In this document: positions 1 through 9,423 of the stretch, one piece after another
Numbering within the stretch: position 1 is the stretch's first letter
Layout of the letters: every line of letters begins with the position of its first letter
Origin: Betaproteobacteria bacterium
GTDB taxonomy: Bacteria > Pseudomonadota > Gammaproteobacteria > Burkholderiales > SG8-41
DNA: 64,000 nt
Direction: 5' to 3'
NCBI GenBank assembly: GCA_016202605.1
Contig: JACQOJ010000152.1
Location: forward strand, 1,350 to 65,349
Notes under the pieces: generated by a model
The model's database searches: none
What the model was told of the DNA's origin: nothing
What the model saw: only the letters and a program-made list of their open reading frames with translations
Program-made: the position numbers and the translations under genes

Positions 1-1970
1 CTCACGAATTCGGTGAGGCGCCATTGCCTGCCCCGCTGCTCGAAGCCGGCACGCAGGTTCCACACGGTGTAGGCGGACGCGAATTCGCTGTTGGCGTCGT
101 TGACGTAGACCTTGCCGTTGCGCTTCCCTTCCACGCCGGCGTGAAAACCGCTCGCCGCATGACGCCACACGACTTCACCATAGAGAGTGGAGGGCGGCAC
201 GCCCGGCAGCTTGTTGCCCGCCGGCACGGCGGCCGGCGGAGCGCCGACCGTGAACGGTTGTGTAAAGCGCACATCGAGCAGGGTGTAGGCGACCGCGGAC
301 TCGAAGCCATGCGCGAATCGGCTTTCCCAGAATAGCTCGAGCCCTTCGCGGCGGGTCCGCGCGGCGTTCTTGAAATCGGTGCGTCCGCCGCTCGAGCTGT
401 TGACGACGATCTCATCCTTGACGTCGATGCGAAAGAGCGCAACGTTGATGCGGCCCGCCGCTCCGATCAGCGCCTTGACGCCTAACTCGCGATGGGTGCT
501 GTTGGCGGGCTTCAGCGCAAAATTGAGTCCGGTCGCGCCGCCCGGGCGGTAGGCGAGTTCCGCGAAGGTTGGCGTCTCGAATCCTTTTCCGGCGTTGGCG
601 TAGAGATTCACCGCCGGCGCAAGCCTGAAGGTCAGGCCGGCCGCAGGCGTCGTGCGGGTGAAATCGACGCTGCCGCTGTCGTCGGGATTGGCGCCGTTCA
701 CGAAAAAATCGCGCGATGCGAAGCGCACGCGGCTGTGCCGGATGCCCGCCAGCAGATTCCAGCGCGGCGCAAACCGCCACTCGGCCTGCGCGTAAAAATC
801 GGTGTTGGCGACGGTGTCGTCCTCGTCGCGCTTGAGCGCGCCCGCCGCACCGAAACTGTTGATGAAGCCCCTGCGCCGCTCGGCCATCCGGTCGTAATCG
901 ATGCCTGCGCTCACCGTCAGCGGGGCGCCTGCTGCGGTCGTCTCGCGCGTGAGGCGCAGGCCGACGCCGCTGTAACCGCGATCGAGATCGACGCCGCCGC
1001 CGGAGGACGTCGGCGCGGTCTGCGCGCCCAGCGGAATCGCGAGAAACTGCGTGACCTGACGATCGCCCGCGTAAGCGCGTGCTTGCAGCGTGTCGCGCGC
1101 GGAAAGCGCGAGATCGTAGGTGAAGCCGGCCTGGCTCTGTGCCACGCTCTTGCGGGTGTTGAAGGCGAGCGCATTGGTTCCCGCCTGACGCCGGTTCTGC
1201 GCCATCTGCGCGGCGGTAAGTCCGAGGGGGTCCTGTGATTCGGGCTGGTCGAGCACGTTGAGCACCAGAGTGAAAACGCCGCGCGCGCCGGTGTCGATCT
1301 TCATCTTCGCGTTGACATGGTCGCGGCGCGCAGCGCTGTGGTCGCGATAGCCGTCCGTATCGAAGCGCGAAGCGTCGATCATGACATTGAGGGGCCCGTG
1401 CTGCCCCCCGTATTGCAGGCGGAACTTGCGCGTGTCGTAGCGGCCGGCCAGCACGCTGCCGGTGAGGGTCGGTTCCCGCGGTCCGTCAGTGGTGAATATC
1501 TGGATGACGCCGCCCGCCGCATTGCCGTAGAGGCCGGAGAACGGCCCGCGCAGCACCTCGATGCGCTGCGCCGAGGAGAGATTGAACGATGCCGCCTGCC
1601 CCTGACCGTCGGGCATCGTCGCCGGAATGCCGTCGGCGATGAGGCGGATGCCGCGCACGCCGAAACTCGCGCGCGCACCGAAACCGCGCGAGGAGATCTG
1701 CAGGTCCTGCGCGTAGTTCTGGCGGTTCTGCACCACCACCCCTGGTGCGCGGTTGAGCGCTTCGGAAAGATTGACCTGCGGATTGTCTTCGCCGATCGCG
1801 CGCCGGCCGATGCTGTCAACCGATACCGGCAGGTCGAAGCTCTCGTGCTCGACGCGCGTGGCGCTCACCGTGACTTCCGGCAGCCGGATCGGCGGTGCGT
1901 TCTGGGCGAGCGCGGTCGCCGCAATGAAGAGCAAAGCCGGAGCGTATGCCGGCAGGAACCTGCGCACCAT
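1..1970 (-). CDS. TonB-dependent outer-membrane receptor (N-terminus complete, C-terminal end runs off the window)
   Basis: Own translation of a minus-strand frame absent from the ORF track because it has no stop in the window; it is open from ATG 1970 to the edge. Signal peptide MVRRFLPAYAPALLFIAATALAQN, TonB-box-like LPEVTVSAT, plug motifs NRAPGVVVQNRQNYAQDLQISSRGFGARASFGVRGIRL, and barrel-type YTVWNLRAGFE near position 60. Confidence 0.85.
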   Translation of the reverse strand, partial: MVRRFLPAYAPALLFIAATALAQNAPPIRLPEVTVSATRVEHESFDLPVSVDSIGRRAIGEDNPQVNLSEALNRAPGVVVQNRQNYAQDLQISSRGFGARASFGVRGIRLIADGIPATMPDGQGQAASFNLSSAQRIEVLRGPFSGLYGNAAGGVIQIFTTDGPREPTLTGSVLAGRYDTRKFRLQYGGQHGPLNVMIDASRFDTDGYRDHSAARRDHVNAKMKIDTGARGVFTLVLNVLDQPESQDPLGLTAAQMAQNRRQAGTNALAFNTRKSVAQSQAGFTYDLALSARDTLQARAYAGDRQVTQFLAIPLGAQTAPTSSGGGVDLDRGYSGVGLRLTRETTAAGAPLTVSAGIDYDRMAERRRGFINSFGAAGALKRDEDDTVANTDFYAQAEWRFAPRWNLLAGIRHSRVRFASRDFFVNGANPDDSGSVDFTRTTPAAGLTFRLAPAVNLYANAGKGFETPTFAELAYRPGGATGLNFALKPANSTHRELGVKALIGAAGRINVALFRIDVKDEIVVNSSSGGRTDFKNAARTRREGLELFWESRFAHGFESAVAYTLLDVRFTQPFTVGAPPAAVPAGNKLPGVPPSTLYGEVVWRHAASGFHAGVEGKRNGKVYVNDANSEFASAYTVWNLRAGFEQRGRQWRLTEFV

Positions 1971-2085
1971 CTCGATAGTCGGCCACAGAGCGCACGAAGA
2001 TCACAGAGGACAGGACAAGGACCGGAAAGTTCTTGCTTGCTCCGTGAATCCAGTGTTCGGGCGGATTCTAGCTCAGGACGGTGAT

Positions 2086-2114
2086 TTGCTGTGGCGGTGG
2101 TATCCCCTTAGAAT
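2086..2114 (+). promoter_or_regulatory. sigma-70-type promoter for tRNA-Gly
   Basis: TTGCTG (2086-2091), 17-nt spacer, TAGAAT (2109-2114). A C-rich discriminator follows and the tRNA 5' end is at 2126. Confidence 0.6.
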
Positions 2115-2125
2115 CCCCATCTCAA

Positions 2126-2199
2126 GCGGGTGTAGTTCAATGGTAGAACATTAGCTTCCCAAGCTAAGAACGTGGGTTCGATCCCCATCACCCGCTCCA
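2126..2199 (+). tRNA. tRNA-Gly, anticodon CCC
   Basis: 74 nt, GCGGGTGTAGTTCAATGGTAGAACATTAGCTTCCCAAGCTAAGAACGTGGGTTCGATCCCCATCACCCGCTCCA. 7-bp acceptor stem GCGGGTG/CACCCGC, anticodon stem TTAGC/GCTAA with loop TTCCCAA, T-loop GGTTCGATCC, encoded CCA. Confidence 0.95.
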
Positions 2200-2275
2200 G
2201 ACAATCTTCCGCTTCGAGTACCAAAAACCTGCTGTCCGTGATGGCTGAATCCCGGCGCTTTGTTGCGCGCAGCGG

Positions 2276-3694
2276 TCAGCGTTTCTGCTTCGCCAGTTCG
2301 CGCGGATCGCCGCTGTAGCCCAGGGCCTTCCAATCCATGCGTCCCCCGGCGCTGTGACAGTCGTCGCACTTGAGTGCCTGGGCCTTGGGCACCACCATGT
2401 GATTGACCTTCCAGTACATGTCGGTTTCCACCCAGCCGAACTGGCCGCTGTACGGCAGGCCGGCGGTTTTCATGCCTGCGGCGATGGCGGAACCCCAGTC
2501 GTAGGTCTGCCAGAATCCGCCTTTGCCGAACAGGTGGGGCACCGCGATCACGTTGTTGACGGAATCGAACGGCTGTTTGCCCTTCATCAGCTTGAACGGG
2601 GTGATCTTCGAGTCCTTGTCGCGCCGGCCCTGCGGATAGTTCAGGTGAATGAGCTTGCCCGCGTCGATCTTCTGGCCCATCAGCACGCGATCGACTCTTC
2701 CATCGAACCACATGTAAACGGGCATGACGTCCTTGCCCCACTTGAAGTCGCCTTTCATCTTGTCGAACGTCGCCAGACCGTGGGCATCCTTGGTTACCGG
2801 CTTGTCCTGACCGGCCGTCGACCAGTCCCACCATACTTTCGTGGGCAGCACGCGCGCGAACGTCGGGATGTGGCAGGTCTGGCATGCCACTTTTTCCGCA
2901 TGCGCGTTCAGCCGCGGATTTTGATGCGGCGTTCCGGCATGGCAGGTGGCGCAGTCCAGGGTGGTGCCGCCGTTCGAGAGCGAGACCGACAGCGCCTTGC
3001 CCGGAATCACGTGATTCGAGCCCTTGTGGCAATCGACGCATGACATGTTGGCCCCATCAACGGCCATGTGGACGTCCATCGAACGTTCCGGTTTTGCGAG
3101 CGAACTGTCGAGGTCACCGTGTTTGACGTGATCGCCGCCGCCGCCGAAGAAGTGGCACGCGCCGCAATTATCGCGGCTTGGCCTGCCGACGCTCTTCGCG
3201 ACCTTTTCAAGATTGACGGCAGGCCATTTCTTGCCAGATTTCACCGGCCACTCGGTGTCCGTGTACGCCGGGTGCCCCGCCGCCGTCGGAAACTTCTTGT
3301 ACGTACCGGTGGTGTCGTGGCAGATCAGGCAGTCGACGTTGTCCGCGACGCTGAAGTCGAAGCGTGCGTCCTTCCAGCCGTACCCCGCGTGGCAACTGGT
3401 GCAGCGCGGTTCGTTGGAAGGCAGCGCGATGCAGAAATTGTTGACGGCATTGATCTTGCCCAGCCTGACCTCACCCTTGTCCGGCGTCTTCTGCCGCGAG
3501 CTCCAGGTCCAGTGCACCGTCTTCATGAAGGCCCTGGCCTGATCCTGATGGCATTGGAGACAGGCCCTGGTGACCTCGGGACCGGACTTGAACGGCCCCT
3601 TTACGAACTCGGAGTGATCCTGCGCCGCCAGCACCGGGCTTGCAGCGAGCAGGGTCGAGACGAAAAACCAACCTGCCAGGCCGACGCGGTTCAT
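2276..3694 (-). CDS. Periplasmic octahaem c-type cytochrome, tetrathionate-reductase (Otr) family-like
   Basis: Signal peptide, then eight CXXCH motifs: CLQCH, CTSCH, CLICH, CGACH, CVDCH, CATCH, CQTCH, CDDCH. Length is 472 aa. The N-terminal DHSEFVKGPFKSGPEVTRACLQCH..TVHWTW resembles the Otr/ONR family as I remember it. Confidence 0.8.
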   Translation of the reverse strand: MNRVGLAGWFFVSTLLAASPVLAAQDHSEFVKGPFKSGPEVTRACLQCHQDQARAFMKTVHWTWSSRQKTPDKGEVRLGKINAVNNFCIALPSNEPRCTSCHAGYGWKDARFDFSVADNVDCLICHDTTGTYKKFPTAAGHPAYTDTEWPVKSGKKWPAVNLEKVAKSVGRPSRDNCGACHFFGGGGDHVKHGDLDSSLAKPERSMDVHMAVDGANMSCVDCHKGSNHVIPGKALSVSLSNGGTTLDCATCHAGTPHQNPRLNAHAEKVACQTCHIPTFARVLPTKVWWDWSTAGQDKPVTKDAHGLATFDKMKGDFKWGKDVMPVYMWFDGRVDRVLMGQKIDAGKLIHLNYPQGRRDKDSKITPFKLMKGKQPFDSVNNVIAVPHLFGKGGFWQTYDWGSAIAAGMKTAGLPYSGQFGWVETDMYWKVNHMVVPKAQALKCDDCHSAGGRMDWKALGYSGDPRELAKQKR

Positions 3695-3788
3695 GACACC
3701 CTTCCTTTCGCACTTGAGTAAATTGGGGAAGCTTGAGAGGGAGTCTGCGTATGGAAAACCACGCTACTCCAACGGCCGCAGGCGAACC

Positions 3789-3802
3789 TTGAGATAGGTC
3801 AA
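3789..3802. promoter_or_regulatory. FNR/CRP-family (FNR/Dnr-type) box candidate
   Basis: TTGAG-ATAG-GTCAA, with 4/5 plus 4/5 match to TTGAT-N4-ATCAA. It lies in the divergent spacer between the octahaem cytochrome and asmA. On the minus strand TAGCGT (3766-3761) sits where a -10 box would be if the site is centred at -41.5. Confidence 0.4.
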
Positions 3803-4050
3803 AGTAGTATTAGAAAAGTATAATATGCTTATGTTTTTCACGATGCGGGACGGCGTTTGCGGCGGCTATGCGGAAACGCCGGCCGAACGGTTCAGGCATG
3901 CCGCGCGCGAAGTCGGCTCCATCGCGCGGGCCGCTCGGCGATCCTGCGGTAGAATGAATTTCGGGAATCAAGCCCGGATTCGGGTTGGTTTTGCGCGTTG
4001 ATCTCGACGGTGAGCGGCCGCTCAACGCGCCCCGCGACCTAGATGCGAGC

Positions 4051-6357
4051 ATGAAACTTCTCAAATACACGTTCCTTGGACTGACCGTTCTGATCGTGAT
4101 CGTCGCGGCTGTGCTTGCGTACGTCGTGGCCACGTTCGATCCCAACCAGTACAAGCCGCGGATCGTGCAAGCGGTGAAAGACAGGATGCAGCGCAACCTG
4201 AAGCTCGAGGGCGACATCAAGCTCTCGTTCTGGCCGAATATGGGCGCGCGGGTCGGCGGCGCGGCGCTGTCCGAACGCGGCAGCGACAGGGAATTCGCCG
4301 CGGTGCGCGACGCGCGCGTTTCGGTCAAGCTCATGCCTTTGTTCTCCCGACAGATCATCGTCGACGCGGTCGAGGTGAAAGGGTTGCGCGCGAACCTTGT
4401 CCGGTACAAGGACGGCAAGACGAATGCTGACGATCTGATAGGTGTTCCCGCCGGTGCCAAGCCCGGGCCGAAATCCGACGGCGCGTCCCCCCCGGTCGTG
4501 GTCGACATCGCGCAGGTGGTGATCGAAGATTCCGCCCTCGTTTACACCGACCAGGCCGCAGGCGCGACGTACGCGCTGTCCGGGTTGAATCTGAAGACGG
4601 GCCGCATCGCGCAGGGCGTGCCGGTTCCGGTCGACCTCTCAGTGAAGGCGCAGAGCAGCAAGCCGAAACTCAATGTCGATGGGACACTGAAAACGCGGGT
4701 CACGTTCGACCTGGAAAAGCGGCGCTACGCGTTGCAGGAGCTCGATCTTTCGATCAAGGGAGACGCGGCCGGAATCAGCAATCTCGTGGCGAGCGCGAAG
4801 GGCGATATCGATGCGCGGCCCGACAGCAGGGAGTTCACGGCCTCCAGGCTCGCGCTCGCGGTGACCGGCAAACAGGCTGCCGGCGGCCTCAACCTGAAGC
4901 TCGACCTGCCGAATCTCAATATCACCAGGGACAGGGTGAGCGGCGACAAGATCACGCTCGATGCGACGCTCAGCGAAGCGAAGCGCAAGTTGGTGGCGAG
5001 CGTGAACATTCCAGCGATCGAGGGCACCGCGCAGGCGTTCAAAGCGGGACAGATGATTGTCAATATCGACCTGCAACAGGAAGGCGCCGCGATCAAGGTC
5101 AAGCTGGCGAGCGCGCTTGCCGGAAGCGTCGCGCAAGAGCGCATCGAATTGCCGAAATTTGCGGCCGCGGTCAATGTCAACGATCCGAAGCTGCCGAAGA
5201 ATCCGCTCGAGGCCTCCATCAATGGCGCCGCCCTTGTCGATTTCGCGAAGCAGACGGCGAACATGACATTCGCCACGCGCTTCGACGAAAGCAATATCAA
5301 CGGCCGTGTCGGGCTCGCCCGGTTCACACCGCCGGCATATACCTTCGATCTCAACATCGACAGGCTCGACGCGGACCGCTATATGGCGAAGCCGGGTTCC
5401 AGGTCGCAGCAACCGGAACAGCCGTTCGACCTCGCCGCGCTCAAAGGACTGAATGCGACCGGCACGATCAGGATTGGTTCACTCAAGGTATCGAACGTGA
5501 AGGCGTCGAACGTCAGGCTCGACATCAAGGCAACGGACGGCCGCGTGGACGTGAGCCCGATGGCTGCGAATCTCTACCAGGGCTCGCTCGCAGGGGCGCT
5601 TGTCGTGAATGCCCGCGCGACGCCCACCTTCGCGGTCAGGCAAAACCTGTCCGCCATCAGCATCGGGCCGCTCCTCAGGGATCTCGCCGACAACGATTCG
5701 CTTGCAGGCAGGGGCAACGTCTCGCTCGACGTGACGACACAGGGCACTACGGTGACGGCGCTCAAGAAGGCGCTGAATGGCGCCGCCGCGGTGAAGCTCA
5801 CCGATGGCGCGGTGAAGGGGATCGACATCGCGGGCTCGATCCGCGGCGCGAAAGCCAGGCTTGGCACGCTGCGAGGCGAGCAGGTGCAGCAGGCGGACGG
5901 CAAACAGAAAACGGATTTCTCGGAACTGACGGCGACGTTTGCGATCAGGGACGGGGTAGCGCGCAACAACGACCTGTCACTGAAGTCGCCGCTGCTTCGT
6001 GTCGGTGGAGAAGGCGATGTGAACATCGGCGAGGACCGGTTGAACTACCTGGTGAAAGCTTCGGTCGTCGGCACGACGAAGGGCCAGGGCGGGCGCGAAC
6101 TGGGAGATCTGCAGGGGATTACGGTGCCGGTGCGGGTGACGGGCCCGATCGGCGCGCCATCGTACAAGCTCGACTTCAACGCGCTGGCGACCGAAGCGGT
6201 CAAGCAGAAGATCGAGCAGACCGTGAAGAGCAGGCTCGAGGAGCGGCTTCTTGGCGGCGCGACAAAGGGCTCTGCCGCCAAAGACGGTGCGTCCAGGGAG
6301 AAATCGCCGCGGGGCGGCGGACTGCAGGACAGCATTAAAGGACTCTTCGGTCGCTGA
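4051..6357 (+). CDS. asmA: AsmA family outer-membrane assembly protein
   Basis: N-terminal anchor MKLLKYTFLGLTVLIVIVAAVLAYVV, then a long repetitive beta-rich periplasmic region and the conserved C-terminal LSLKSPLLRVGGEGDVNIGEDRLNYLVKA. I prefer ATG 4051 to the track's TTG 3985. Confidence 0.85.
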   Translation: MKLLKYTFLGLTVLIVIVAAVLAYVVATFDPNQYKPRIVQAVKDRMQRNLKLEGDIKLSFWPNMGARVGGAALSERGSDREFAAVRDARVSVKLMPLFSRQIIVDAVEVKGLRANLVRYKDGKTNADDLIGVPAGAKPGPKSDGASPPVVVDIAQVVIEDSALVYTDQAAGATYALSGLNLKTGRIAQGVPVPVDLSVKAQSSKPKLNVDGTLKTRVTFDLEKRRYALQELDLSIKGDAAGISNLVASAKGDIDARPDSREFTASRLALAVTGKQAAGGLNLKLDLPNLNITRDRVSGDKITLDATLSEAKRKLVASVNIPAIEGTAQAFKAGQMIVNIDLQQEGAAIKVKLASALAGSVAQERIELPKFAAAVNVNDPKLPKNPLEASINGAALVDFAKQTANMTFATRFDESNINGRVGLARFTPPAYTFDLNIDRLDADRYMAKPGSRSQQPEQPFDLAALKGLNATGTIRIGSLKVSNVKASNVRLDIKATDGRVDVSPMAANLYQGSLAGALVVNARATPTFAVRQNLSAISIGPLLRDLADNDSLAGRGNVSLDVTTQGTTVTALKKALNGAAAVKLTDGAVKGIDIAGSIRGAKARLGTLRGEQVQQADGKQKTDFSELTATFAIRDGVARNNDLSLKSPLLRVGGEGDVNIGEDRLNYLVKASVVGTTKGQGGRELGDLQGITVPVRVTGPIGAPSYKLDFNALATEAVKQKIEQTVKSRLEERLLGGATKGSAAKDGASREKSPRGGGLQDSIKGLFGR

Positions 6358-6366
6358 CATTGTTTG

Positions 6367-7398
6367 ATGCCTAGCTTCGCCAAGCGCCTCGTCACGTGGC
6401 AAAAACGCCACGGCCGGCACGATCTGCCATGGCAGCGGACGCACGATCCCTATGCCGTCTGGGTCTCCGAGATCATGCTCCAGCAGACCCAGGTTGCGAC
6501 CGTCATTCCCTATTACCGGCGCTTTCTTGCCCGTTTTCCGGACATCGCCTCGCTGGCAGCCGCGCCCGTCGATGAAGTGCTGAAGCTGTGGAGCGGTCTG
6601 GGTTACTATTCGCGGGCGCGTAATCTGCATCGCGCGGCCCAGGCGATCGTGCGCGACCACGATGGGCATGTTCCGGATGACATTGATGCCGTGCGCGCGC
6701 TTCCCGGCATCGGGCGCTCGACGGCGGCGGCGATCTGCGTATTCGCCTTCGGCGCGCGGTACGCGATCCTCGATGGCAACGTGAAGCGGGTTCTGGCGCG
6801 CAGCTTCGGCGTCCGCGGCTACCCGGGAGACAAACCGGTGGAGGACGCGCTTTGGCGCAAGGCGGAATCGCTGCTGCCGAAGAAGGACATCGCGGCCTAT
6901 ACGCAAGCACTGATGGACCTTGGTGCGGGCGTGTGTGCGCGACGGCAGCCGCGCTGCGCGGCCTGTCCGGTGTCCAGTGACTGCGTGGCGCATCGCAAGC
7001 GCCTGACGGCGCGGATTCCCGCGCCCGGACCAAAAAAAACGCTGCCCCGGAGACGGACCTTGATGCTCGTGTTGCAACACGCCGGTGAGGTGCTGCTTGA
7101 AAAGCGCCCCTCCGCGGGTGTCTGGGGCGGACTGTGGTGTTTCCCGGAAGCCGAACCGGGTCAGGACGTCCGGGAAATCTGCGCGCGGCGCTTTGGCGCG
7201 CACGCCGGCGCCGCCCGGCCCCTGCCGGTGGTGGAGCACGGGTTCACGCACTTCCGTCTGACCATCGAGCCGCAGCGTCTGAGCGTGGCGCGCGTGGCGC
7301 CGCGCGCCGCGGAACCGGGTCACATCTGGCTCACCGTCGAGGAAGCGCAGGCTGCCGCGGTGCCTGCGCCGGTGCGGCGCATCCTTGCGAGCTTGTAA
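6367..7398 (+). CDS. mutY: A/G-specific adenine DNA glycosylase
   Basis: HGRHDLPWQ..DPYAVWVSEIMLQQTQV, HhH-GPD region GIGRSTAAAI, 4Fe-4S cluster C-X6-C-X2-C-X5-C (CARRQPRCAACPVSSDC), and a NUDIX-like C-terminus. The track start 6364 is TTG; ATG is at 6367. Confidence 0.93.
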   Translation: MPSFAKRLVTWQKRHGRHDLPWQRTHDPYAVWVSEIMLQQTQVATVIPYYRRFLARFPDIASLAAAPVDEVLKLWSGLGYYSRARNLHRAAQAIVRDHDGHVPDDIDAVRALPGIGRSTAAAICVFAFGARYAILDGNVKRVLARSFGVRGYPGDKPVEDALWRKAESLLPKKDIAAYTQALMDLGAGVCARRQPRCAACPVSSDCVAHRKRLTARIPAPGPKKTLPRRRTLMLVLQHAGEVLLEKRPSAGVWGGLWCFPEAEPGQDVREICARRFGAHAGAARPLPVVEHGFTHFRLTIEPQRLSVARVAPRAAEPGHIWLTVEEAQAAAVPAPVRRILASL

Positions 7399-7432
7399 AA
7401 GCCCGGGGAAGCAATAGACAGGATTTACAGGA

Positions 7433-8473
7433 TTACCACAGTTCGATGTTGCCGCCGCGCTCGCGGATTCTTTCGGCGCGCGCCTGGATGAAGCGCTGAA
7501 AGCTCGGCTGCGTGCGGTAGGCGCCGCTCGCGACGTAATCGAAGCTCGATGCCAGATGGAACGGCCGGAGATAGGCTTCGATGCGGAGCACTTCCTCGCC
7601 CCGCGCGTCGAAGAACACGATGGTGGGCGTATATGCGACCTTCAACTCGCGTCCCCACTGCGCTTCGGTGAGACGCTTGCCGGCTGGTGTCGTCACGACC
7701 TGTTTTCCGAAGAGCTCGAGGCGCGCGACATCGAATTTCGGGACGAGCGCGAGGGTGGCCTTGTCCTTGAAGCCCACCGCGTGCAGTTCGTCGCATGCCG
7801 CGCAGTGTTTCTGTTCGAACAGCACGGCGAGCGGCCTCGCCCCGGGGCGCCCGGAGCGGCCGAAGTCAAACGGCGGCTTCAGGAAGAAAAGCTCATCATG
7901 CAACGTGCCGCTGTCGGCTTCCCTGATGTTCCACCGCAAATAGTCGGCGAAGCTCGTTTTCCCCCCGTGTCTGCCCGCCACATAGTCGAGCGCGACATCG
8001 AACTTGTGCGGCGGGTAGTAGCCGTTGAGCCGCAAGGCCACGTTCCCCATCTCGTCGAGAAGCAGGATCGTGGGCGTGAACTGCACCTTCAAAAACGCGG
8101 CGAACGCTTTTTCGCTGCGGACCTTGCCGTCGATCCAGGTCACCTCCCGGTCGCCCCAGATGTTGAGCGCGATGGCGGTGAAATGGCGGCGGGTCTTGTC
8201 GACGATGCCTTTGTGGCTGAAATTGACCCGCATGAGTTCGCGACAGTAGGGACAGCCGTCCTGCCCGAAATAGACCATCAGGCGTTTGCCGGCCCTCGCC
8301 GCGCCGCGAATGTCGTCACGGAAATCGAGAAAGGTCTCCTGGAACCAGCCGGGAATATCGATCGCGTGGGGACTGGGATTGAGTGCTTCAGGTGCGGGCG
8401 GCGCGGCGTGGGTCGCGGCCATCCAGGCGAACGCCAGCACGACGATCGGCAGGGGGCATCTGCGCACTTGCAT
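7433..8473 (-). CDS. Periplasmic tandem thioredoxin-fold protein
   Basis: Signal peptide and two thioredoxin-like halves, with CPYC in the first and CAAC in the second. Confidence 0.7.
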   Translation of the reverse strand: MQVRRCPLPIVVLAFAWMAATHAAPPAPEALNPSPHAIDIPGWFQETFLDFRDDIRGAARAGKRLMVYFGQDGCPYCRELMRVNFSHKGIVDKTRRHFTAIALNIWGDREVTWIDGKVRSEKAFAAFLKVQFTPTILLLDEMGNVALRLNGYYPPHKFDVALDYVAGRHGGKTSFADYLRWNIREADSGTLHDELFFLKPPFDFGRSGRPGARPLAVLFEQKHCAACDELHAVGFKDKATLALVPKFDVARLELFGKQVVTTPAGKRLTEAQWGRELKVAYTPTIVFFDARGEEVLRIEAYLRPFHLASSFDYVASGAYRTQPSFQRFIQARAERIRERGGNIELW

Positions 8474-8544
8474 TCCTCCTCATTCCGGCGGGGCGCGGCC
8501 GCGCCGGTTTCATCATCCGCTTCGGCGTAGTATAAAGGGATGGG

Positions 8545-9366
8545 ATGACCCCACCAAGCTTGCAAACAGACGATGGAATGACGGACTGGAACGAAATCAG
8601 GGCATGGCGTAAGGCGCGCCGTGCAGAATTAATCGCGCGCCGCGACGCAGTTGACCGCGACACGCGCCGGCGCTGGAACGAGCGCATCAGCGCCCTGCTC
8701 GAACGGGGTTTCCCGATGCTCGGCGGCATGGTGGTCGGATTCTGCTGGCCGTACAAGGGAGAGTTCGACGCGCGCTTCGCCATCCGCGATTGGCGCCGCC
8801 AGGGCGCGACCGCGGCGCTGCCGGAAGTCGTGGCGAAAGGTCAGCCGCTCAGGTTCCGAACATGGTGGCCAGGCGCGCCGATGGCGCCCGGTGTTTACGG
8901 TATTCCGGTCCCGCAGGACACGGAGGTCGTAGTGCCCGACGTTGTGCTGGCGCCTATGAACGGGTTCGACGAAAGCGGCTGCCGCCTGGGCTACGGCGGC
9001 GGCTATTTCGATCGCACGCTCGCCGCGCTTGCTCCGCGGCCGCTCGCAGTCGGAGTGGCCTTCGAGATAGCTCGCCTGGCGACGATTTTTCCGCAACGGC
9101 ACGACATTCCGATGGACTTCGTTGTTACCGAAGAGGGTATTCATGCCGTCGGGAATGGCGCACTGGCTCCTGTCGATGCGGCAGCATGCGGGGAGCGTGC
9201 GGCACGCCTGCTTGCCACGCGCGGGCTGCCGCGGCGGCGGGCCGGAGAAGAGGCGGGCGGATTCAGTTCGCCACCCTGCTATGCGCACGAGTTCCCCGGT
9301 TACTTTGGCGAAGCGGAAGAACAAGTTCGCGCCTCGCCCTCCGCCGGACGCCGCAATCGCGGCTGA
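8545..9366 (+). CDS. 5-formyltetrahydrofolate cyclo-ligase with about 70-aa C-terminal extension
   Basis: IRAWRKARRAELIARR..., GIPVP, NGFDESGCRLGYGGGYFDRTLA, HDIPMDFVVTEEG. ATG 8578 is an alternative start. Confidence 0.8.
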   Translation: MTPPSLQTDDGMTDWNEIRAWRKARRAELIARRDAVDRDTRRRWNERISALLERGFPMLGGMVVGFCWPYKGEFDARFAIRDWRRQGATAALPEVVAKGQPLRFRTWWPGAPMAPGVYGIPVPQDTEVVVPDVVLAPMNGFDESGCRLGYGGGYFDRTLAALAPRPLAVGVAFEIARLATIFPQRHDIPMDFVVTEEGIHAVGNGALAPVDAAACGERAARLLATRGLPRRRAGEEAGGFSSPPCYAHEFPGYFGEAEEQVRASPSAGRRNRG

Positions 9367-9423
9367 GCGCGCAGTCGGAAGTTGGCGACGCGCAAACGGC
9401 TTCCCTGCAGCCTGAACGGCGGG

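Noticed and set aside
2126-2199. tRNA-Gly as an integration site of a genomic island
   Set aside because: There is no integrase, no direct repeat of the tRNA 3' end, and no mobility genes anywhere in the window. The flanking genes look ordinary.
3825-3956. 43-codon ORF starting right after the TATAAT in the AT-rich block upstream of asmA
   Set aside because: The ATG abuts the -10 hexamer, leaving no room for a transcription start. There is no Shine-Dalgarno sequence, and the product is Arg/Ala-rich and looks non-coding.
8474-8577. 6S RNA (ssrS) upstream of the 5-formyltetrahydrofolate cyclo-ligase gene, expected from E. coli ssrS-ygfA synteny
   Set aside because: The spacer is only about 70-100 nt, against about 180 nt needed, and is bounded by the divergent thioredoxin-fold gene. 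No long closing stem or central bubble is visible.
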